The notes under the pieces are model-generated. The model worked only from the letters and a program-made list of their open reading frames with translations, had not been told where the DNA came from and ran no database searches. Positions 57,340-64,000 of a stretch of 64,000 bases of DNA are shown here, piece by piece (within the stretch, counting starts at the first letter, position 1; each line of letters opens with the position of its first letter). This stretch comes from Gammaproteobacteria bacterium (GTDB taxonomy: Bacteria; Pseudomonadota; Gammaproteobacteria; DSM-16500), in the NCBI GenBank assembly GCA_963692955.1, contig OY843587.1, forward strand, positions 2,342,317 to 2,406,316, in the 5' to 3' direction. The translations under genes were made by a program, and so were the position numbers.

Positions 57340-57557
57340 AAATATAATGATAACACCGTTATTTATGCGCCCCTATCACCTCATCATTAGTAAGTTGCTC
57401 AAGTTGTTATTGATTAAGTTCACCAGAATATACAGCGCATGAGATATTTTTTCTTCTGTTGCACTATCACCACTAGAGATATAGTAATTAACTGCAGGAT
57501 CAAGACGAGAAAGACTCCCTACTCTGCTGAATTGTCGGATAATATTTTTACCTTTTG

Positions 57558-58178
57558 TTACTGTTGTGAAATCGTCAAACCACCCGCGGTTATCAATACA
57601 CTACTCCCATCGCAAGAAGTGTCCGAATGGGTCTCTTGGCCGGTTAGCCAAATGAGGGTACCCGCCGCGAAATATGTCGCTGGGGTAGATTGTTGCCAGG
57701 TATAGCCTACATTCCATTTCGAGCAATCGTATTCACAACTACCGCCGTTTTGCATAGGCTCTATCGTGCTGTTAGGGACTAGTTGATTAGTGCCGCCCGG
57801 CGCTAAATAATTTACTGAAAAACGCAGGTAATTGGGCTCCACACTGCCACCATTATTATTGAAAGCTTCTATAAAATAGCTAATAACGTAGTTTCCCGCT
57901 CTTTGAATGACAAGATGGTTACTGCCATTGTTTAGCTGATACGCTATGGGTGACTGCGTGCAGTTTTGATTATATAAGTAAGCTTGTTGGCCGTTATAAT
58001 ATCCAGAACTACCTTCGGTACCCCCAGCCGCGACAATGGCTGCGGTCGCATAGTATTTTATAATGCTAGATGGAATGACTTGCGGCGGTCTGATTGAGGT
58101 ACCATCCCAGACGGCGGCTATGACTACGTTTTGAAAACTTAATATAAAGACTAGTAAAAAGTACCTTATCCGCTTCAT
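57558..58178 (-). CDS. secreted hypothetical protein (206 aa)
   Basis: Signal peptide MKRIRYFLLVFILSFQNVVIAAV. Several Cys and G/N/S-rich. Confidence 0.5.
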   Translation of the reverse strand: MKRIRYFLLVFILSFQNVVIAAVWDGTSIRPPQVIPSSIIKYYATAAIVAAGGTEGSSGYYNGQQAYLYNQNCTQSPIAYQLNNGSNHLVIQRAGNYVISYFIEAFNNNGGSVEPNYLRFSVNYLAPGGTNQLVPNSTIEPMQNGGSCEYDCSKWNVGYTWQQSTPATYFAAGTLIWLTGQETHSDTSCDGSSVLITAGGLTISQQ

Positions 58179-58428
58179 CTACCCACCTCGTTTTATGGAT
58201 GTTAAATGAGCAGATGATAGCACATTGAGTGTTTATTCGACATTAAATTATGTGACATAAGCAAAAACCATAACATTTTCAAGCAGTTAGCGATTGATAA
58301 TTTTTTGCTTCTAAATTTTTTTTCTATGGTTCAGCTTTGGTAGGAGTTTAATTTCCCAGCCTTTTTCTTTTTTAAAGTTTTATGCTAGACATATTGGTTG
58401 GTTGGAGTGAGGGTAGGAGGCAACTCAT

Positions 58429-59454
58429 TTACAAAAGAATTTGATGTTTCAAAAATTCTTGCGCGGTGTGGTTCCAAGAATATTGCGCGGCACGGCGTAT
58501 GCAAGCTTCTTTTTTTAAGGTTAAACAATTTAGCGCCGCTGCTTGTAAATTTTCGGAAGTGTAACCAGTCACGCCCTGCTCGATGATATCCAACGGGCCC
58601 ATCACAGGATACGCGGCGATGGGAAGACCGCACGCTAGCGCTTCTAAATTCGTAAGACCAAATGTATCGAAGCGCGACGGAAAAACAAATACGTCGCCCG
58701 AACTCAACAGCGCACGCACATTTTCATACGGTAAAAACACCGCTTTGCCATCATATTTATTTTGTAAAAAATTTTTATGCGGGCCATTACCAATCACAAA
58801 TTTAGTGCCGGGCAAATCAAGATCTAAAAACGCTTCGAGATTTTTTTCTTTTGACAATCGTGATAAAGACATAAAATAAGGCCGCGGATAATCGGCAAGC
58901 AAATCTGGTTTAGGATCGTAATAAAAACTTTTTGAATCGACGCCGAGCGGAAAATCTTCGATAGGATTTTCGATGCCATTATTTCGCAGCAATTCCACCA
59001 AGCGCGGGGTTGAAACGTGAATAACACTCGATGGTTTGTAATACCAACGTAAATACGACCACACGAGCGCGGGCGGCATATGCAGCCAATGCTTCATGCC
59101 AATGTCCCAGTTCGTGTGGTAAGCGCTTGAATATGGAATGTTGTGCTCAACGCAATATTGCCGCGCGGAAATTCCCAAACCCACTTCTGATTGAATATGC
59201 ACGGCGTCTGGTTTGAGCGACTCAAATAATTCGCCAAAGCGTTTGGATATCACGCCGGAAAACATGGGAATGAGTGTATGTGTCAGCGTTGTTTTATCGG
59301 TTTTAAGCGGTGTGGGATGATTGAAAAAAGTTATTTCGTGGCCTTTTTTTTCAAGAATATCGGCGATTTGGTTATAATATCGCCCTACGCCCATGTCTTT
59401 GGAGTCTCTATTTGCAAATGTCGCCACCAAAATTCGCATGTGAGATTTTTCCAT
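58429..59454 (-). CDS. GT-B fold glycosyltransferase (family 4/1)
   Basis: N-terminal MRILVATFANRDSKDMGVGRYYNQIADILEKKGHEITFF. EX7E motif region FPSRFDTFGLTNLEALACGLP. Confidence 0.8.
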   Translation of the reverse strand: MEKSHMRILVATFANRDSKDMGVGRYYNQIADILEKKGHEITFFNHPTPLKTDKTTLTHTLIPMFSGVISKRFGELFESLKPDAVHIQSEVGLGISARQYCVEHNIPYSSAYHTNWDIGMKHWLHMPPALVWSYLRWYYKPSSVIHVSTPRLVELLRNNGIENPIEDFPLGVDSKSFYYDPKPDLLADYPRPYFMSLSRLSKEKNLEAFLDLDLPGTKFVIGNGPHKNFLQNKYDGKAVFLPYENVRALLSSGDVFVFPSRFDTFGLTNLEALACGLPIAAYPVMGPLDIIEQGVTGYTSENLQAAALNCLTLKKEACIRRAAQYSWNHTAQEFLKHQILL

Positions 59455-59565
59455 ATCCCTGTTTAGTTATTATTCAACAAATTAGGTTGGAAATCAAGCA
59501 ATGCTTTGCCTAGCTAAAGTTTTTATAAAAACTTAAAATGCTTTTACCTCGTATTACTTTAAGGT

Positions 59566-60198
59566 TTGGATGAAGTGAAATTTAAAAAATCCGCTCTGCT
59601 ATTATTTTATTTTTTAATTTGCAATTTATTCCTCACCGCATGCGAGCAACAGCAAACAGATTTTCGTCCGTTAGCCGCTAGTGCAATCATCGTCGCGTTT
59701 GGCGATAGCCTGACTTTTGGAACCGGCGCCACACCCGAAACAAATTATCCTAAAAATCTCGAAAAAATAATTGGCCATCGAGTGATAAACGCCGGTGTGC
59801 CCGGCGAAGAAACGAGTGGCGGACTCGCGCGGATCAAAACCGTGTTAGATCAATATAATCCGCAACTCGTCATTCTCTGCTTAGGTGGAAATGATTTCCT
59901 CCACAAAAAATCTCTAGACCAAACCAAACAAAATTTAACATCCATCATCCAAATTATCAAAGCTAGCGGCGCGCAAGTATTATTAGTCGGCGTGCCGACA
60001 GTTAATATAAATTTAGCCGTGCCGGATTTATATAATGAAATAAGTGCGGAGTTGAACGTACCCGTCGATAATAATATTCTGCCCGTGCTGTTAGGCGAAC
60101 CGCAATACAAATCAGATTACATCCATTTGAACGGCGCGGGTTATAAAATTTTCGCGCAAGACGTGGCGGATTTTTTAAAAGCTCGGGGAGCGCTTTGA
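59566..60198 (+). CDS. SGNH/GDSL hydrolase (TesA/arylesterase-like), lipoprotein-type signal
   Basis: Lipobox LTAC. Block I AFGDSLTFG (catalytic Ser), block III GGNDF, block V DxxH. Start is TTG 59566 or GTG 59575. Confidence 0.75.
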   Translation: MDEVKFKKSALLLFYFLICNLFLTACEQQQTDFRPLAASAIIVAFGDSLTFGTGATPETNYPKNLEKIIGHRVINAGVPGEETSGGLARIKTVLDQYNPQLVILCLGGNDFLHKKSLDQTKQNLTSIIQIIKASGAQVLLVGVPTVNINLAVPDLYNEISAELNVPVDNNILPVLLGEPQYKSDYIHLNGAGYKIFAQDVADFLKARGAL

Positions 60199-60277
60199 GG
60201 GGAATTATTTTTTTTCTAACGCATTTAAAACAGTATCGACCTACATTTTTCTTTGAAATTTACAATGCTGCGTAACG

Positions 60278-61177
60278 GTGCTTTCGAAAGAATTTGTTTC
60301 ATACATTTTAATTCCCGGCGACCGCCCTCCGCAAAATTTAAAATGGCCACAAGATTTTTTATTCACCATGCAAATATATGTTGCTTGGGCTGATGAGTCC
60401 ATCACATCGTCCACCATGTCACTCGGATTTTCGCAAGGCATGCCGTCATCGTTTATCAGTATTAATAATAAAACAATCCCCCTACTGCTAGACAGCGGTG
60501 CTACAAAAGTTTCTTTAGCTTTAAGCAAAGATGTTTTAAAAAAATTAAACGTCACTTACACCGGCGCAACTCATTGCTTACGCGCGGTTGACGGCCACTA
60601 ATGCATGAGGAAATTCATTATTCCCAGTGTGAAAGTCGGCAATTTCCTATTACGTAACGTGCCTGGCGAAGAATTAAAAAAACTGTGGGGCGGTTCCACC
60701 GAAGGCTTCATAGAGACTCCGGCTGCAAAGAATGGGGTGATTGGTTTGGAATTTCTACGGAAATATAATATTTTATTAGATTATAAAAATCATGAAATAA
60801 CTTACTTTCAACATCAAACCTATCCTAAGAATTTAAACCTTGCAAGTTGTCATCCGGTAAAAACAGATTTTGTTCGCGGGGTTGTCGCGAATTACTTTTT
60901 TAATAATAAAAATAATATCATGGTGCTAGATACCGGCTCGAACTTGTCGATCATCAAATCTAACGCAGACAAAGTTTTTTATCCTTGTGAAGCAGAGCAT
61001 GACAATGATTTTAAAAATTGTCGAGTTAATAAAGTTTCATTATTTCCAAATCAAAAATCAGAAGATTTTTATGTTCAAGATTTAAATTTACCTTTTGATG
61101 GCATTATCGGGTCGGCTTATATTCAAAACCATAAGATATTTATCGATGCTGACAAAAAGGTAATTTATTTGTGTTAG
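60278..61177 (+). pseudogene. tandem retropepsin-like (bilobed clan-AA) aspartic protease interrupted by an in-frame TAA
   Basis: ORF 60278-60601 and ORF 60605-61177 are in the same frame, separated only by TAA(60599-60601)+TGC. Lobe 1 has active-site LLDSGATKV before the stop, and its flap/dimerisation half (GVIGLEFLRKYNILLD) after the stop. Lobe 2 has VLDTGSNLS ... GIIGSAYIQNHKIFID. Confidence 0.5.
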
Positions 61178-61195
61178 CGAACAAGTTTCACAGAC

Positions 61196-61221
61196 AAAAA
61201 AACCAGCGGGGATACCGCTGG
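61196..61221 (-). terminator. intrinsic terminator after the large repeat-protein gene
   Basis: Minus-strand hairpin CCAGCGG-TATCC-CCGCTGG followed by T7 (plus-strand A7 at 61196-61202). It lies 23 nt after the stop at 61244. Confidence 0.6.
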
Positions 61222-61243
61222 GAGAGGCTACTTAGATTTTATT

Positions 61244-64000
61244 TTATTTCAATTTTTTAATGTGATGTTCTTGCGTATCACTAGAGCAGTTAGGGAAGAT
61301 GCTTTCGTTACTTAGATCGTTATCACCTTCTACTTGATCAGTTAATAATTCATTCAAGTTAGTCATAGTGAATGAAACGATGATGCTGGATTGCGACAAG
61401 GTATTGTTTTGCGCCTTCGCCGTGTTAGTAATGTTGTTGCTGGTGTCAGTGCTAGCGTTCGCATTCGTGCTGCTGGTCGTCGTACCTGTTTCACCCGTAA
61501 TATTCGAGTTGTAACCGGTTGGCGAATTAAGCACGCCGACGACATCCACGCCACCGTTGTTAGCTGAGGCTGCTGCGGAAGCCGCTGCCGCTGCTTGTGG
61601 GTTGTTGATAGCTGGCGGTATAAACACGGCGCCATTGCTTGGCAAGCCCGCGCTGATAGAGCTGCTAGAACTGCTGACCGAGGTTGGGTTCGTCAAGTTA
61701 AAGTTAACAAAGCTTAACACTTTACCGTTCGTCGTCGCGGTTTGCGCTGCTTGGTCAATCGTCGCTTGCGCAGTAAAGGTAACCACCGTGTTCGAGCTTG
61801 GGCTTTCAAAGGTATCAAACCCATTGAATACGATTGGATCGTTGATGAAGCCTGATAAGGGGCCTGTGATCGTCAAGCTATTCACTTTGTTAGGTGCGGC
61901 AATCACGATCGTGCCGTTGTTGGATGTGTCATTCAAGTAGTTAACATTGGTGAAGTTACCAATGACCGCTGATGAGTTGTTGGTCGTGAAGCCATTGCTT
62001 TCGCCGAGAATGGTGGCAGTAATTGGCGTCGCATAACCTGAGTAATCTAACGTGTTGGTCGTCGAGGTCAGGCTGCCCGTGCCGCCATTGATGGACACGA
62101 TGCTAGAGCCGTTACCAAAGAAGAAGGTGTTATTGCCCGTGCCACCCGTTAAGTTTTGGATTTGACTGAAGCTGTTAACACCCGTTGCGGTACCGCTATT
62201 GGTGCCATTGATGTTGAAGATATCCGTCGCGTTGTTATCGCCGACTAACGTGTTGTTTTGCGTCGTGCCGCCGGTGACGCTGCCGATCGTGCCGCCCATG
62301 AGCGTGAAGGTATTAGCTAAGTTACCACCGACCAAGTTTTGAATTTGACTGAAGTTAAAGCCGCCGGACATTTCAGCGACGCCGGTGATGTTACCGGTAT
62401 CAAGCGAGGTGATATTGAAGTTTTGGCCGGCGTCATTGGTTTGTACGGTCAAGGTGTTGTTGCCACCCGCGCTGCCCGTCACATTCAAGTTCGCGACCGC
62501 TAAGTTACCCGTCAACGTAAAGTTGTTATTGCCCGCGCTGCCGACTAAGTTCAAGTTCTTATTACCGCTGACACCATTCATTAAATCAAGGTTAGCGCCC
62601 GTCGTTAAGGTCGCGTTAGCCCCTAATGCTACCGCTGCGTTATAAGTTTGGCTGCCGGTGCTGACGACGCTGCCGCCATTAATATTCACCGTACTTGCGT
62701 TGAATAAGATGTCGTTAGCCGCGGTCACGGTACCGTTGTAAGTTTGCGCGCCGCTGGTGGTGACGCTGCCGCCGTTTAATGCGACGTTAGCCGCCGTCAA
62801 GCTGGTGAGCGCCGTGTTAGAGCCGATAGCACTAGCAAAGGTCGTGGTGCCAGCGCCGCTGACCGTCAAGCCAAACGCGCCGTCTACCGTGCCATTGACG
62901 TTCATCGTATCAGAAGAGATGCCCGTGCTAAGGGTGCTGTTACCCGTTAAGGCGATGTTGCTATTGATCACAGCGTTACCTGATGCCGCGATCGTGCCCG
63001 CATTGTTAATACCCGTTGAAGAAGTTAACGTACTGTTGGTGAGTTCTAATTCGCCCGCTGCGCCAACGCTGACATTATTCAAGGTAGCAGAGCTTGCGAG
63101 ATTCAAGATACCGCCTTGAACGGAAGTTGGGCCCGTATAGGCGACGTTGCTTAACGTCAATTCGCCAGCGCCGGTCTTCGTTAAGCTGCCCGCACCCGAT
63201 AATGTACCGGTGTAACTGTCATTGCCCGACGCATTGTTAACGGTTAACGCCAAGCCAGAGTTCAGCGCGAAGTTGCCTGTGCCTTCTAAGCCGCCCACCG
63301 TCATGCTAGTGATCGAAGAATCCAGCGCTAAGTTGCCGCCGTTCAAGTTCAACATACTAGCGGTAGAGATCGCGTTTTCCGCACCGGCGTTATTCGAATC
63401 TAATGTTAACGTACCCGCGCTCACGTTGGTCGCGCCCGTGTAGGTATTAGTAGAAGCTAACGTTAAGTTACCGCTGCCCATTTTCGTTAAACTACCTGCG
63501 CCGCTAATGTCACCGGAGAAGATCGAGGAATTATTATCATTGGTACCGCCGATGGTTAAGGTGGTCGCAGCGGAAGAACCTAAGTTAATATTACCCGCGC
63601 CGCTTAAGGAGCCGATCGTGTCACTGATGTTATTCAAGTTAAAGTTCGAACCAGACGCCAAGGTCACGTCACTATAAGAAGAAACTGAACCCGTGCCGCT
63701 TAATGCTAACGTACTATTATTAGAAACGTTAGTCGCGCCCGTATAAGTGTTAGCTGCTGCGAACGTTAAGGTGCTGCCGCCGTTAATCGAGACACCTAAG
63801 TTACCCGTTAAGCTGGTAGAGACAGAGGCGCTACTGACGTTAGCGAAGGTCAACACTGCTGCGGAACTGCTATTACTATTGGTAATCACACCGCTGCCCG
63901 TCACGCTATTGGACAAGGATTGTGAGAAGCCGGCTAAATCAAAGGACCCTGCGTCAGACAAGCTCGTGCCGGTAGGTAAAGCGTTGGTTTCGCCAGAGAT
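61244..64000 (-). CDS. large secreted beta-helical repeat protein with autotransporter-passenger-type repeats; N-terminus outside the window
   Basis: At least 918 aa and open to the window edge. Repeated NTYTGATNVSxGTLxL and SGAGSLTKxGxGxLTL units (passenger-associated transport-repeat pattern). G/S/T/N-rich. The last 60 aa are low-complexity, with no obvious C-terminal beta-barrel translocator. Confidence 0.7.
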   Translation of the reverse strand: MSGETNALPTGTSLSDAGSFDLAGFSQSLSNSVTGSGVITNSNSSSAAVLTFANVSSASVSTSLTGNLGVSINGGSTLTFAAANTYTGATNVSNNSTLALSGTGSVSSYSDVTLASGSNFNLNNISDTIGSLSGAGNINLGSSAATTLTIGGTNDNNSSIFSGDISGAGSLTKMGSGNLTLASTNTYTGATNVSAGTLTLDSNNAGAENAISTASMLNLNGGNLALDSSITSMTVGGLEGTGNFALNSGLALTVNNASGNDSYTGTLSGAGSLTKTGAGELTLSNVAYTGPTSVQGGILNLASSATLNNVSVGAAGELELTNSTLTSSTGINNAGTIAASGNAVINSNIALTGNSTLSTGISSDTMNVNGTVDGAFGLTVSGAGTTTFASAIGSNTALTSLTAANVALNGGSVTTSGAQTYNGTVTAANDILFNASTVNINGGSVVSTGSQTYNAAVALGANATLTTGANLDLMNGVSGNKNLNLVGSAGNNNFTLTGNLAVANLNVTGSAGGNNTLTVQTNDAGQNFNITSLDTGNITGVAEMSGGFNFSQIQNLVGGNLANTFTLMGGTIGSVTGGTTQNNTLVGDNNATDIFNINGTNSGTATGVNSFSQIQNLTGGTGNNTFFFGNGSSIVSINGGTGSLTSTTNTLDYSGYATPITATILGESNGFTTNNSSAVIGNFTNVNYLNDTSNNGTIVIAAPNKVNSLTITGPLSGFINDPIVFNGFDTFESPSSNTVVTFTAQATIDQAAQTATTNGKVLSFVNFNLTNPTSVSSSSSSISAGLPSNGAVFIPPAINNPQAAAAASAAASANNGGVDVVGVLNSPTGYNSNITGETGTTTSSTNANASTDTSNNITNTAKAQNNTLSQSSIIVSFTMTNLNELLTDQVEGDNDLSNESIFPNCSSDTQEHHIKKLK

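Noticed and set aside
61363-63443. Several plus/minus ORFs within the large repeat-protein gene
   Set aside because: The repetitive G/S/T/N-coding sequence is stop-poor in multiple frames. Only the long frame shows passenger-repeat periodicity.
1-64000. CRISPR arrays, rRNA genes, IS transposases
   Set aside because: No regularly spaced short direct repeats, no rRNA-like conserved blocks, and no DDE transposase motifs were seen. The only recombinase is the P4-type integrase.

Overview
The window is a chromosomal segment of a Gram-negative (gamma)proteobacterium. A GC-rich core (about 50% GC) is interrupted by AT-rich accessory segments (about 33% GC). The gene content resembles intracellular Legionellales (Coxiella/Legionella-like): a bacterial mevalonate pathway, many eukaryote-like or repeat-rich orphan proteins, Fic and ankyrin/Sel1-like genes on a tRNA island. 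This is an inference from gene content, not a database hit.

Layout from start to end:
- 1-4619, minus strand: mevalonate operon (HMG-CoA reductase, HMG-CoA synthase, mevalonate kinase, phosphomevalonate kinase, 5' part of diphosphomevalonate decarboxylase).
- 4694-5230, plus: type-1 IPP isomerase.
- 5293-7737: a small accessory islet with two paralogous Cys-containing tail-anchored proteins, a small ORF and a higBA toxin-antitoxin pair.
- 8059-9645: orphan 528-aa gene.
- 9786-22201, minus: long translationally coupled purine/one-carbon operon purL(small)-purM-purQ::purS-purC-purF-purD-purN-purH-purE-glyA.
- 22396-24525: mucin-like S/T/P-rich 700-aa protein.
- 24698-30510: potABC, two tandem potD genes, ldcA.
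- 30507-35889: GNAT, an SPFH-domain 650-aa protein, a dehydrogenase, radA, a hypothetical.
- 35969-45248, minus: AP-superfamily membrane enzyme, alr, dnaB, an inserted orphan gene, rplI, membrane protein, rpsR, rpsF, APC amino-acid permease. The permease is preceded by a His-rich leader peptide.
- 45507-56091: tRNA-Met followed by two tandem AT-rich integrated elements bounded by three direct copies of the tRNA 3' end. They carry a P4-type integrase, a class-II Fic gene with a membrane partner, several orphan genes and an ankyrin/Sel1-like protein.
- 56092-64000: further accessory cargo. It includes an AAC(6')-like acetyltransferase, a glycosyltransferase, a GDSL lipase, a stop-interrupted tandem retropepsin-like protease, and a large beta-helical repeat protein that runs off the window.

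No rRNA, CRISPR array or IS transposase was recognised.
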